NCBI RefSeq assembly: GCF_006345805.1
Contig: NC_042997.1
Span: 114,142,001-114,206,000 of the forward strand
Reading direction: 5' to 3'
DNA: 64,000 nucleotides
From: Octopus sinensis
Lineage: Eukaryota
Shown: positions 1 to 12,579 of the stretch, piece after piece
How the letters are laid out: every line of letters begins with the position of its first letter
How positions within the stretch are numbered: the first letter of the stretch is position 1
Position numbers and translations under genes: made by a program
Notes under the pieces: model-generated
Databases searched by the model: none
What the model was told of the DNA's origin: nothing
The model's input: the letters and a program-made list of their open reading frames with translations, nothing else

Positions 1-68
1 CTGAGTCATACTTGGTTGTTTGCTTGTAAGTGATGGTTAAGCTTTGTGTGTATGTGTGAGATATCTAT

Positions 69-232
69 AGGTGAGTTGGCAGAATTGCTAGCATTCCAGG
101 TGAAAAGCTTAGCAGTATATCATCTGTCATTACATGTTGAGTTCAAATCCTACCGAGGTCAATTGAGCCTTTCGTCCTTTCAGGGTTTATAAAATATATA
201 CCAGTTGAGCACTGGGGTCGATGTAACTTAAC
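69..232 (+). mobile_element. SINE family A, degenerate copy
   Basis: GGTGAGTTGGCAGAA head, GAGTTCAAATCC B-box, and the core GCCTTTCGTCCTTTCAGGGT...CCAGTTGAGCACTGGGGTCGAT shared with more than 10 copies in the window. Confidence 0.8.
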
Positions 233-434
233 TATCCCATTGTATGAGTATATAAAAAACTGCGTCTAACTGCCTTGTTAAGCCAGTGTGGCAGAGTAGA
301 TTCATCAAACCAGTAAGATCTCAAACTCAGATTCTCAGCCTCCTCATTAGACTGTGGTTTGTGGAGAGAACTTGTTGAGGTCTTCACCCTGCAGTGAACT
401 GAACATAGGCAATTCAATCCAATATATATATATA

Positions 435-940
435 CTAGCAGTATCGCCCGGCGTTGCTCGGGTTTGTAAGGGAAATAACTATATAAGCATTTTTAGAGAG
501 TTACTTCCCTTATAAATTCGGGCTTTCTTAGCCATTTTTGTTTTGGTGTCTTCAAGCCATGAAGTCGTTGTTCTAAAAGAACGCTGGTTTCCTTCACAAC
601 GCATTACGACGTTGATTTCTTTACACTCCCTTCCCCACAGCTTCACGAGGGAAGGAAGGGGGAGAAGCAAACAGGTGCAGGTGTGACCATGGACGCCAAC
701 TCCGCCGCCATCGACACACGATGCATTTTATGCATTAAAATGGAATAAAAAATGATGTTAAATTATTTTTAAAATCGTAGACTCATCGTAGACGCGCGCT
801 AATACCCAGACGGGCTCGATATGAATCACGACTATAAGATACCCGAATTTGGTTAAACTGCACCGCAAAATGTGGGAGGAGTTAGGAATCTAAATCGAAG
901 GGGACAGACACTCACACAACTAGAGTTTTATATATATAGA
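435..940 (-). mobile_element. Non-autonomous Helitron
   Basis: Minus strand starts TCTATATATA and ends CCCGAGCAACGCCGGG(hairpin)CGATACTGCTAG; inserted between A and T with no TSD; homologous copy at 14552-14858. Confidence 0.85.
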
Positions 941-1578
941 TATGCATATGTACATCGATTTTCCACATTTTCTGCTTGTACTGTGAACCTTATCCACTCC
1001 AAGTGATGAGATAATTATTCCAAGTAATCTAATATCATATGTTAGTATGGAAGGTTTGTGCAGTTTGAAATAGTAATTAATAAGTTTCATAAAAAAAAAA
1101 AAAAATGATAAGAGTAAGATTTTAATGTGTTTGAATGTTTCTGAGTTTAGAACAGACCAGTTCGCTATGCTAAAAATGTAAGAAAATAAACAAATTTTTT
1201 TTTTTATTGGAACTGGTCAAAATGAGTTACTGTTTTGGGTATTTATTTAGTTAAGCATGTTTTTGGTATTGAGACAAGATAAATGAGAAGTTGTGCTTGA
1301 AGTTGATGTTGTGTTAATGCAAGAGAGGTTAAAGAATGTCTACCTGCAATGGTTTCTAAGTTGTGTAAGCTGTGATGGCTTGTGGCTGTAAGTTATGCAT
1401 CCATTTGCATATTCATGTAACTTGTCAAAGTTGGTTTTGTGTAGAGAGAAAAGAGAGGTGTAACTTGTGATAGTTGTTGATAATACTACAAACGTCTTAT
1501 GGTTAATAAAGCTGTTAACTCTTGATGTATCATGGCTGAATTTACATAATTTCTCCACTGGCAATGTAATTAATAGGT

Positions 1579-2235
1579 GAAGGTGTATGGCAGGGGTGAG
1601 GAAACCCCCACTCATGGGTGCAATTGCGCCTGCGAGCACATTCTATTGTGCCCATGGGCCAATATACTTGTATGTACAAAATATAACTTATTCAATTATA
1701 AAATTTATACAATATGTATATGCCTATTTTGACATAGGTCACATTTCTACTGCAACTTAAGATGGCTAGACTCGAACAGAAAATTGTCCGGTAATTGCCA
1801 TTTGAATGGAAATTTTGCTTTCACTATAAAACATATATTACTAGGTTTGTACCACCCCCTTGTGACCCAACTACATTAGCATAAGTAATATAAATGTCCT
1901 AAATTCAGTGGCGGTGTTAATGAAGATGTTACGTGTTAATTGAATGTGTTAAACTTATCTTTATTAATGTATATCAAATTATACATAGATACATACAAGA
2001 TTTACACAGATATAAGAATTAGAACTTCTGATCCGCCCAAGGACCATTTTCTTTGGAAATTTTTACCTGCCGCACTAAAATGTTTCCCCACCCCTGATGT
2101 ATGGCCTAATGGTTAGGGTATTGGACTCACAACCACAGGGTCAGGATTTCAATTCCTGGAGTGGGTGATGTGTTGTGTTTTTCAGCAAAACACTTCATTT
2201 CACATTTTTCCAGTCTACTCAGCTGTAAATGACAG
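1579..2235 (+). mobile_element. SINE family G (tRNA head plus CORE-like domain), split by a hAT MITE
   Basis: GAAGGTGTATGG|CCTAATGGTTAGGGTATTGGACTC...TTTCAATTCC...CAGCAAAACACTTCATTTCAC; similar to 2712-3350 and 51925-52230. Confidence 0.7.
1591..2096. mobile_element. hAT-type MITE
   Basis: TIRs CAGGGGTGAGGAAAC / GTTTCCCCACCCCTG; 8-bp TSD GTGTATGG/ATGTATGG. Confidence 0.85.
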
Positions 2236-2711
2236 CCTTTTGTTCTGTTCAGTGGGTAGTAATTACCTTGGCCACTTTCTTGCCATGGAAATTTGGTAAC
2301 TGGCCCTATAAGTCCTTGGACTTCAGGCAGTGGTGTCCAAGGTTTGACAATGATGATGAATGTGATTAGTGATAGTATTAGTCTGTAGAGAAGCTGTATC
2401 CTGGCCAGTAAATTGTGCTTCAGTTATTGGACTGCATTGCTGTTGGTTGCTGCTATAAGGACCAGGTGAAACTGTTGTGGCAGGGCTCTGAGAAACAAAA
2501 ATGTTCTATTGAGGTGGGAGCTGTTTGATGTTGTTAAAAGTGCTGTCGGTTGCTGGTGATGAAAGCCAAATGAGAAGTGACTGACTGAACTTCTCGAAGA
2601 GTCTGTAGAGAAATGAAAGAGAAAATTATTTTGTGGTAGTGTATGTTCGGAACAAGCATTTGTTTTGTGTTAACTTCTTCTATAACTTTTGTTTCTGTAG
2701 TTGTTGTAGAT

Positions 2712-3350
2712 GAAGGTGCATGGCTTTGGTGATTAAGGTGTTGTGCTCACAACTGTAAGGTCATGGTTTTGATTTCTGGACTCGGCGGTGTACTGTATTC
2801 TCGAACAAAAGTTACAGGCATGGCTGTGTGGAAAGAAGCCTACTTTCCAGCCACATGGTTCAGGGTTCATTCCCACTGTGTGGCACTTTGGCCAGATGTC
2901 TTCTACCAAAGCCTTGTGAGTGGATTTTGTAGACAGAAACTGAAAGAAGCCCATTCTATTTGTGTGTGTGTGTTTGTCCTGCATCACCACTTGGCAACAA
3001 GTGTTGGTTTGTTTACATCCCTATAACCTAGTGGTTTAGTAAAAGAAATTGATAGAATAAATATCAGGCTTAAAAAATAAAAAGTACTGGGGTTGATTCG
3101 TTTGACTAAAATTTCTCCAAGGCAGTACCCTAGCATGGCCACAGTCTAATGATTGAAACAAGTAAAAGATAAAAAAGACTTTATTTTATGTTTCTCCAGC
3201 CCATTCATCTGTAAATGAGTCCCAGCAATAGATGGGGAGTTAACCCTTTGAATGACTGGCATCCCATCCAAAGTGTAATGTTGTAATTTTAGTCACTTCT
3301 ATGCCACAGAACCTGTGTCATACTCTGGTCTTATGAACCATAGGGCTCAT
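2712..3350 (+). mobile_element. SINE family G interrupted by SINE family B (about 2816-3176)
   Basis: G head at 2712-2812, then a full B copy, then the G body resumes near 3178. Confidence 0.7.
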
Positions 3351-4381
3351 AACAAATCTATGTAAATGGTAGTAAGAATGATCTAAATCTTTGGTGCCAG
3401 ATCATTCTTGGAAAAAAACTGTGTTCAAAAGATAACAGCTTCAATGGCAGGTCTTTCTTTTTCACAGGAATGACGATGGTGATTGTCACCATCATCACAT
3501 TAGCAAATGTGGTAATATAATCCTGCTGATTCTGTAGTCAATAAATAGCTAGGGTATTGATCAATTCTTAATTAAAACAGCTACAAATAAAATCAGTGGG
3601 TGTGAGACCACATCACTGGTCCACCATGAATATAGTTTTCTCTTTTATCACAAGTGAATCAGTACACAAGCACTTACCTTGTTTCTTGTGTAGAAAATTT
3701 TGATAAATTTGCATCGTGTTTTGTGTTCATTAATAGTTCTAGATAATTAGTATTCTAGTCAGCATACTAAAATATCTCTTTGACTAAAAGCAATTAGAAA
3801 TGACATCTGCACAAAAAATGTTATGTTAGTACCATCATATTTTGTGTAAAAGGAGAAAAAAAAATCTAATCTATTAATAATACTTATGTTGCGAGAAGAA
3901 AACTCTGTGACTAATATTATTTGAATCATATTTTGGCAAGTAGGGGTGACCACTCAAGATGTGTTTTGGTCTTATTAAACCTCCTCATCAAAGCATGGAT
4001 TCCACTGTACTTGCCAGATTATCAATCATAATGAATGGAGCAAAATTACTCAGACATCAATTATATTTTTTCCTAAGTTGACTGTTAAAATATCAGCTTG
4101 TTTGGTAATTAGTAATATTTTAATTGACAACCCTTAATCATTTATGCCCTTATTTGTAATCTTTTGGATGCTTGGGTTAGTTAATTTCTTGTTGGCTTGT
4201 ACTGACGGTTGTATATAAATATATGCTTATGTATTTCAATTATTTGGAGTCAGTCATTAAAGTAACTATAGCATTATTAATTGGTATTTGGAATATGATA
4301 TGTAAAACTGTTGAAACTGGGATTGATCTTTCACCTGTTGAGCTTTAATGTTAGCAATCAATGATGAAAGTTTGGTGGATA

Positions 4382-4585
4382 TTAATCCTTTTCTTACCAT
4401 ATTTCTGTTGAAATACTCTGGCTTTATCTCAGTTAATTTTGAAAATTATGTAGAATTTAGTAAGCTGACTTTGTCATTATTGTGTTGGATGTAAATTAAT
4501 ATGAAACATTTAGATCAGCTTAAAACAAGAAGCTTTTATTATAGAACCAGGGTTGGCACTGGGTGGGCTGTTATCAAAAAGGTTA
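4382..4585 (-). mobile_element. TTAA MITE type 2, degenerate
   Basis: Reverse-complement similarity to 36849-37057 and 52939-53151; decayed TTAA-CCCTTT ends. Confidence 0.6.
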
Positions 4586-4659
4586 TCATCAGGACACCTT
4601 AATATGAGTGGTTGGGAGCAATTTGGTAGTCCTTCGTAGGCTGGTATTTAAGAGGGTTA

Positions 4660-4936
4660 ATAAATTGTGATCGTTACCAGCATTGCCTTTCTGGCACCTG
4701 TGCCGGTGGCATGTGTTAAAGATTTGAGCGAGGTCGTTGCCAGTACCGCCTGACTGGCCCCGTGCCGGTGGCACGTAAAAGCACTCACTACACTCTCAGA
4801 ATGGTTGGCTTTAGGAAGGGCATCCAGCTGTAGAAACTGCCAGATCAGAGTGGAGCCTGGTGCAGCCATCTGGTTCGCCAACCCTCAGTCAATCGTCCAA
4901 CCCATGCTAGCATGGAAAGTGGACGTTAAACGATGA
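4660..4936 (+). mobile_element. RTE LINE 3' tail (family C)
   Basis: GTGCCGGTGGCAC units, AGGAAGGGCATCCAGCTGTAGAAAC, and CCAACCCATGCTAGCATGGAAA..GGACGTTAAACGATGA end. Confidence 0.85.
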
Positions 4937-5479
4937 ATATTTATCATTAAATGAAACTTATTAAAATTGTTACATTACATAGAAAGTTTCTCTTTATACA
5001 GACATGGCAGTATAACTAAGGAGTTTGCTTTATAATCATGTGGTTTCAAGTTCTAACTTAATGCCTGGCACCTTGGGCCATATAGTCTCCTATAGACTTA
5101 GGCTAACCAATGCTTTGTCATTGGAATTGGTAGATGTAAACTATGGGAACCTAGTATTTATGTACATAGGTGTGCTGTTGTTGGCAATTCATGGCTTTGG
5201 CTGTCTCTGGCTTAGTGAAATGGTAACGTAATATTCCTTGTTGACAATACAACCAATTGCTCTGTACTTTCAAAAACCTGTGGAATTAAAAAATTCTTTT
5301 TCAAATAAATTTCGTCCAAATCATGCTAGCATGGGTTTAATGGGGAATGGAAGCAACAAATATTAAACAAATGGTCTGTATACTAAATTGTACAGTCTTT
5401 TAGCTCTCAAATAATACCACAATCCTCTCCCTCTTGATATAGTTAATTTCTTCCTATGATCCCAGTGTTCTGTGTGACA

Positions 5480-5717
5480 TTTCTTCTTCCTATACTGCCC
5501 ACAAGGGGCTACACACAGAGGGGACAAACAAGGATAGACAAACGGATTAAGTTGATTATATTGACCCCAGTGCGTAACTGGTACTTATTTAATCGACTCC
5601 GAAAGGATGAAAGGCAAAGTTGACTTCGGTGGAATTTGAACTCAGAACGTAGCAGCAGATGAAATATCGCTAAGCATTTCGCCCAACATGCTAACGTTTC
5701 TGCCAGTTCGCCGCCTT
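5480..5717 (-). mobile_element. SINE family A, full length
   Basis: Reverse complement of the 21222 and 31852 copies. Confidence 0.9.
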
Positions 5718-6447
5718 ATCAATCTTGAGCCAATATACCATTTGATCTCACTCCTTTTCTCAAGCAGTAGATAAACTTATAAATGAGAAGTGCTGTATAT
5801 ACTGCATAGAATATACTCCACTGAAAGTAAATTAAGTCTTTTTAATAATATTGCTTTTCAGAAATTACATTGTGGCTTTTTTTTTTCTTCATTATTATTA
5901 CCACCATCTTACTCTGATTTTCTCATTCTTTATTCTGTACACCTTTTGACTATTGAAGACATTAGCGACGAGAATCGGCATATATTAACCCTATGCTGTC
6001 TGCTGTCTATTTCTCATTGTTGAGGTTATGTGGTAAAGGTCAGTCAGGTGTGTAGGAGGTGATTGCTGATGTAAACATACAGCTGTTGCATTTCTGCCCA
6101 TTTTCTATTGATTATAGACTTGTCTTTTGAAACAGACGGACAGAGTTTACATGTGACAGCACCAGCACTTGATCTGCATTTAATAAAGGAAGTTGTATCA
6201 GCTTTGAAAGTTACGTAGACTTTCTTAGGAGTGGAGAGAGCATATTATTAAGGTCATGAATGGCGACTAAAGAACTTCGACGAAAACTAGCTGATTGATT
6301 GTCTGAACAATTAATCAAACCATTGATTAGTTAATTGACTAAATAGTTAACCAATTGACAGATTAAAAAAAAAGTAAAGAAGTGGAATAGAACCAGTATG
6401 TGTTTAAAATGGAGTAGTTACGGTGAAGCATTGTGTGATATTATATT

Positions 6448-6679
6448 TATTTCTTTACTACCCACAAGGAGCTAAACACAGGGGACAAACAAGGACGGAC
6501 AAACGGATTAAGTCGATTACATTGACCCCAGTGTGAAACTGGTACTTTATTTATTGACCCCGAAAGGATGAAAGGCAAAGTCGACATCGGCGGAATTTGA
6601 ACTCAGAACGTAACAACAAACAAAATACCGCTAAGCATTTTGCCCGGTGTGCTAACAATTCTACCAGCTCACTGCCTTA
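6448..6679 (-). mobile_element. SINE family A with 17-bp TSD
   Basis: Flanked by TTGTGTGATATTATATT on both sides. Confidence 0.9.
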
Positions 6680-6699
6680 TTGTGTGATATTATATTAAG

Positions 6700-6950
6700 G
6701 AAACTTTGTGGGTAAGGCTGGAAGAACTTGAGATAAGATATAAAGTAAACTACAAAAAGAAAACAAAACAAGAGTTTTTACCTTATATTTCTGCATTTTG
6801 AAGTTATGAAATGTGGACAAGCAACATGTCCACATGTTCTGAAGAAGGGGTCATAACCCTGAAATGTATAAAGTAAAACTCCAACTTTGTTTTGCTTTCT
6901 GTTTGTAGTTGTCTCTTCTTGACTTGTTTCGGCTTTATCCAATAAGTTTC
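6700..6950. repeat. Degenerate fold-back element with HHR-like core (Penelope-like)
   Basis: 6700-6791 is approximately the reverse complement of 6861-6950; CTGAAGA-A-GGGG-tcataa-CCCT-GAAA-TGTA at 6839-6868. Confidence 0.5.
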
Positions 6951-7269
6951 TTCAAAGTATGTGTGCTAATTATTGATGTAACGACCCTCCCAAAATAGAA
7001 CAAAATGTATGATATATATTTGCTCGTACATTTTTATGTCCATTTTTCCATGTCAGCATGGGTTAGATGAATATATTGAGGTATTGTTTTATAGCTAAAT
7101 TCCCTTCCTGTTGCTAACTTTTGTTTTTTCAAGTAAGGAGTTTTTTCCTTTTTCCTTTTTTTTTCCAATAGTCGTCAGAGGTGTGAAGCAAGTGAATGAT
7201 TTGTTGCTAGGTGAAATCATTGTTCAGACTGACTTTTGTAGATTACCAAGTTAAACCTGCACACATGTA

Positions 7270-7560
7270 CACATGCATAAAAACAATGGTTTCTTTCAGT
7301 TGCTATCCACCAAACTCAAGTGTTTGTGTTGGCCAAGGTCACTTTGCCAAGGTATTGTGCTATAGAACTGAATCTATGTGGTTGGGAAGCAGATCACATC
7401 GTTCATCATTTAACGTCCGTTTTCCATGCTAGCATGGGTTGGACGGTTCAACTGGGGTCTGGGAAGCCAGAAGGCTGCACCAGGCTCCAGTCTGATATGG
7501 CAGTGTTTCTACAGCTGGATGCCCTTCCTAACGCCAACCACTCCGTGAGTGTAGTGGGTT
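7270..7560 (-). mobile_element. SINE B fragment (7270-7395) abutting an RTE 3' tail (7395-7560)
   Basis: Direct similarity to families B and C. Confidence 0.8.
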
Positions 7561-7931
7561 TACTAATTCTTCATCCTAGTCTTTTACTTGGTACAGTCAT
7601 TGGACTCCAATAGTGCTGAGATATGACCTTAATTATATACAATCACTGGACTACCCGTGACCTGTTGGATCACTGACAGTTCAGGTTATAAAACATTGAA
7701 GCTGATTCCAACACTGCATTGAAACGAAGATTAATTTTATGATGAGTAAGTTAAATATTTCAATTCATTTATGTCATCATAGGTTTGGTCTACAAGTTCA
7801 TGTTCAAGGTTTCATTGATTATGTAGAGCATCTAATAAAAACAGAACTTCTGGGAAAAGCTTGAACTCCAGTAACAGTATTTATTTATGGCATATGTGCA
7901 CACTTCTACGAAATTGCAAAATGAATTGTTA

Positions 7932-8508
7932 TATTAGAAAACCACTATTCTTAAATCTCACAATGAGCGATATTCAGCAACAGTACTTTGTAGTAAAGAT
8001 TGTTTGCCAACATAACATGGCAGTCCTGGTTTAGGACGAATGTTGCTGTAATTTAGCCCCAGAAGACGACATCTTCAGCTGGCTATACAACACGATCTGT
8101 GTCCTAAACCAGGACTGCTGTATTATGGTGGCAAACAATCTTTACTCCAAAGTACTGTTGCTGAATATCTCTCATTGTGAGATTTAAAGATAGTAATTTT
8201 CTAATTTATAAATCAGTGACTAGTTGTCACTTTGAAAACTATATATTTTGAACAGGAATTTGGCAGTGCCACCTCTAGCCAAACAATTATTCTGTGCTGA
8301 TGAAGGAAAATAACTCAGAAATTGCGATACACAGATATTGTTTTGAGCTGAGTGGGGATGCTAGATTCCCTTGTTCGAAAATATAAGGACAGATCATGTC
8401 GTACAGCCAGCTGGAGACGATGTCTCTTGGGGCTAAATTACAGCAACATTAATCCTAAACCAGGACTGCCATGTTATGTTGGCAAACAATCTTTACTACA
8501 GTATTGTT
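7932..8508. mobile_element. Compound palindromic element with minimal hammerhead (Penelope-like derivative)
   Basis: 7932-8039 inverted vs 8101-8205; 7976-8105 inverted vs 8386-8508; 8241-8385 is a long hairpin with an HHR fold at the apex. Confidence 0.7.
8291..8335 (+). ncRNA. Minimal type I hammerhead ribozyme motif (stem II decayed)
   Basis: TCTGTG-CTGATGA-AGGAAAATAACTCA-GAAA-TTGCGA-TA-CACAGA: 6-bp stem I, intact CUGAUGA and GAAA, quasi-palindromic stem III, AUA site. Confidence 0.7.
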
Positions 8509-9789
8509 ATATAATGTAAACATAAAATTAATGGAAACAATTTTCCCATTTCATGGTTATGTTACTTTCAGAGTATCTTCCCATTATGTGCCATTTTGGC
8601 TATTTATGAAGGTCCCCCCCCCCCCAAAAAAAAATCTGCGTATCTCAGGAATCTGTGGTCTGGTTTATGTGAAACTTGTTTTATTCCATTTGTAGTCACA
8701 TTTCAGGGGTGCCTTACTTTCATAATATTTCCCCCATTATGCGCTGGTTTGGCTGTATTAAATTGCAGACAAGCATGCACACAAGCAAGCAAAGAGTTTT
8801 AGTAGTATATAGATTAAGGCCAATGTCTGGTCTCCATACTGGATCACCCACACACTCACACACACACATGATCATTAGAAATACCTTGTTTACTGTCAGT
8901 TTTCTTTTCCATAAACACTAGTGAATTAGAATAGATTTCTTTAGAGAAATAGTGAGAGTTGAAAGTTTAAAAATAAAACCAAGTCATCAATAGATAGATG
9001 CACATACATCAATATAGCATGGTTAATGAGGTATTTTTAATTGACATACAAAGAGAAAAGGCTTGGCTGATAACCAATGGAAGTCACCTCGAAATGGAAA
9101 TGGGTATTTCGAGATTTTCTTTTGTATAGTTATTTCATCAATCACTGAATTAGTGAGCCTGGTTCAGTTTTGAGAGTGGTCAGCAAATTTAGCCATTGTA
9201 GGAACATTATTATCATCATTTGTTTTCTATGCTGGCATGGGTTGGAATGGTTTGACAAGAAGCTAGCAAGCTAAAGAGCTGCAATTGTCTGTTTAGGTAT
9301 GGTTTCTACCTTCCTAAACTTGGATGCCCTTCCTGGTACCAACCACTTTACAGAGTGTACTGGGTGCTTTTTTGTGTGCTACCAGTACTGACAAACTCTA
9401 AATGTATTCTGGAATATCATATTAACCCTAGGTCAGTCCTGGTACAGCAGACCTGTATTTGGTGTTTTGAACTGTGTTTTTTTCTTCTTCTATTTATGAA
9501 TGATTACATTGTCTTGAAAAAAAAAACATATTGGACAAAGTTTAAATGGAGGATATTTAGCTGTGACTTTTAGCTGATTAAGTAACTGCTTATAGGCTCT
9601 CTTTTTGGGTTATTGGATTTGGAAGTTTTACCAAAGTCTTTTTGTAACTGGTCTTATGTTGAATTATCTAACTAATGGTGTGTGTGGGGGCAATGACACA
9701 ATAAATTATAAAATACATTTCATCAAAAGACGCTTATGTAATTGTTTGACCTGAAATGGGTAATATTTTATAGGATAATTATAATTATA

Positions 9790-10385
9790 GTGATTATTAT
9801 TATTATTTTTTTTTCCTTCTTTCTTCACATTTTTTTCCATTTCTCGCCAAGTGTTTTCTGTACACTTAGGGCAGAGAAGCTCATTGTATGCATTCCCAGA
9901 TTACACATGCAAATTCACAAGTAAAATATGTATTTAAAAAAATTAATAAACAAATAAATTCATGAATGGATGTTGTTTTCACAGTGATAATGCTCTTCTC
10001 AGTACATTAGCCGTTCCAGTTAACATGATTTTTTGCACTTCCTGTAGGGATGGTAAGCCTGGTATCATTTTCAAACAGGTTTCTGTACCTTTTTTATCAT
10101 TCCTAGAGATCCTACAATCACTGGTACTGTAGTCACCTTGAGATGCCACATTTTTTCAATTTCTATTAGCAAGTCTTTATATTTACTGATTTTGTCAAAT
10201 TCTTTCACCGCTATATTGTGATCGCAAGGAATACTTGTCAATTAATAAACACACCTTTTTTGTCTGATCTTTTATAATAATATCCGGTTTATTAGCTTTT
10301 GTAGTTTTGCCGGTATGTATGGGGAAGTCCCAGAGAATCGACACATTCTCTCCCTCAGTCACAGCTTCAGGATGGTGTTTATGTT
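9790..10385 (-). mobile_element. R4/Dong-like non-LTR retrotransposon 3' fragment (restriction-like endonuclease domain, frameshifted)
   Basis: ILWDFPIHTGKTTKANKPDIIIKDQTKKVCLLID / SIPCDHNIAVKEFDKISKYKDLLIEIEKMWHLKVTTVPVIVGSLGMI...TANVLRRALSL* (stop 9979-9981); ends in (TAA)n. Confidence 0.85.
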
Positions 10386-10636
10386 GTTGTTGTTGCTGTT
10401 GCAGCTGCAGCAGCAATAGGCTGCCTTTTTTCCTGTTGTACTTAGTATACTGTGGTATCTACCTGTTCCTGTTTTGAATATAACTGGAGCCTACCCTAAC
10501 TATCCAAGCAACATACTTACTGCTACTGCTGCTGCTACTACTACTACTACTACTACTACTACATATCCTTGAAGCTGTATCCCATTTTATTATCCAAAGA
10601 AATTTTGAGTTATTTGAAAATAGAATGTTGTAGATC

Positions 10637-11225
10637 CGGACATGGCTGTGTGGTTAAGAAGTTTGTTTTGCAAAATGGATGTTAAATGGAAATGATGATG
10701 TGGTTTTAAGTTCAGTTCCAGTTTGCAGATCCTTGAGTGAGTGGTTTCTGTTATAACCCCCAGAACAACCAGAGTCTTGTGAGTGAATTTCGTTGATTGA
10801 AACTTAAAAAGATGCCTGTTGTGTGTGTGTGTGGTAAGGAGCTTGCTCCCCAACTGCATGGTTCCAGGTACAGTCCCCCTGTGTAGCACCACGAGCAAGT
10901 GTCTTCTATTATAGCCCCAGGCCAACCAAAGCTTTGTGAGTGGATTTGGTAGACAAAAACTGAAAGAAGCCTGTCATATATATATATCTATATTTATCTA
11001 TGAGTGTTTGCCTTTGTTTGTTCCCCACCATCACTTGACTTCCAGTGTTGGTGTGTTTACATCCCTGTAACTTAGCACTTTGGCAAAAGTGACAGACAAA
11101 ATAAATGCCAGGCTTTACAAAAAAATTATGTACAGGAGTTAAATCATTCAGCTAAAATTCTTCATGGCAGTGCCCCCAGTATAGCTGCAGTCTAATGACT
11201 GAAACAAGTACAAGATAAAAGATAT
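10637..11225 (+). mobile_element. SINE family B with duplicated 5' half
   Basis: Two successive heads (about 10637 and 10828), internal (TA)n, tail ATGACTGAAACAAGTA. Confidence 0.8.
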
Positions 11226-12251
11226 ATATATATATATATGAATAAATAAATGGAGTTTAACACAGGTGTAAATCAAATATTTTTACTTTCGACACATGTT
11301 TTGAAAATTCCACTGATACTATATATAGTGAATGTGCCTCCTTACATATTGTGCTAATTGCTAGGAAATATCAGTGTCAATCAAACTGTTATTTGTTTGA
11401 ACTCAGACAAAAAAAAGAAAAAAACACCTGGACTAGAGCACAGTATCTCCTTGCTTCAAAACAGGTGAGAGTTGGTGACAGGAAGAGCACTCAGTTGTAG
11501 AAAATCTATTTCTATGAGTTTCATCCGACCCAGACAATCATGGGAAAATGGATGTTAAATGATGTTGGTGATGATCTTTCATTTTACTATCTAGTTGTCT
11601 GAATGTAAAATATGAGTAATTGTGGTAGTTAATAGTGGGAGGATAATAATGGTTTATGGTAGTGGTGATTGTAATGGTGGCCATAGTCATCGCAGTGATA
11701 ATAATGCTGTTCAGACTTATTGGAAAAAGATTTACTTCATTTGCATAGAAAGCAAAACCTCGAAAATAAAAATCCTAATTGCACACTGCATTAGTAGCAG
11801 TTGACCCACCGATAAAGATCAATGAACTGTTGTGAAACCACAGCAGTTGTTATACAAAACCGCACAAACTAGTTTTTCACTTCTGCAAGAATTGTGTATT
11901 GTTGGTGTTGTGCCAAATGTGACTTGGCAGATCTATACAACCTTATGTTGGCATCGAAACGTTTGTTAAAATAATGTCCCTATATCCATTGAATGTCATT
12001 GTATAGGTAAATATTTTAGTGCTGTTTCACTAGATTTCCTCAATAAGTGGATAACTATCCAATTATGATGTGTTAGAATAGTAACTGTGTAATTCCCTTT
12101 ATGTAGCTTTTCCAGCTTGACTGGGTACTTACTGGGATTTAAGCTAATAAATCATCATTTAACGCCCATTTTTCCATGCTTGCATGGGTCAGGCAGAATT
12201 TGTTACCAACCCTTACTTGTTTCTAAGCAAGGTAATATTTCTCCATGGACA

Positions 12252-12470
12252 AGGTGGCGAGCTGGCAGAAACGTTAACATGCCGGGCGAAATGCTTAATG
12301 GTATTTCATCTGTCTGAGTTCAAATTCTGCTGAGGTCAACTTTGCCTTTCATCCTTTCGGGTTCGATTAAATAAGTACCAGTTACGCACTGGGGTCGATG
12401 TAATTGACTTAATCCCTTTACTGTCCTTGTTTGTCTCCTCTGTTTAGCCCCCTGTGGGCAATAAAGACAT
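12252..12470 (+). mobile_element. SINE family A
   Basis: GGTGGCGAGCTGGCAGAAACGTTAAC...GCCCCCTGTGGGCAATAAAG. Confidence 0.9.
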
Positions 12471-12579
12471 TAAAAAAGTTTTTTTTAACTATTTCCCCCA
12501 TGGCTGGATATGTTTTCATGGAAGACTAGAAACAGTGTACCATTGGTCTTGTTAATACAAGGAAGCAGAATTTATATAG

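Noticed and set aside
3450-3485. 11-nt microexon TTTTCACAG|GAATGACGATG|GTGATT
   Set aside because: Weak donor, not a multiple of 3, and such matches are expected by chance in T-rich DNA.
11285-11350. Minus-strand AAAACATGTGTC half-core with a long hairpin
   Set aside because: No recognisable CUGANGA; too decayed to call.
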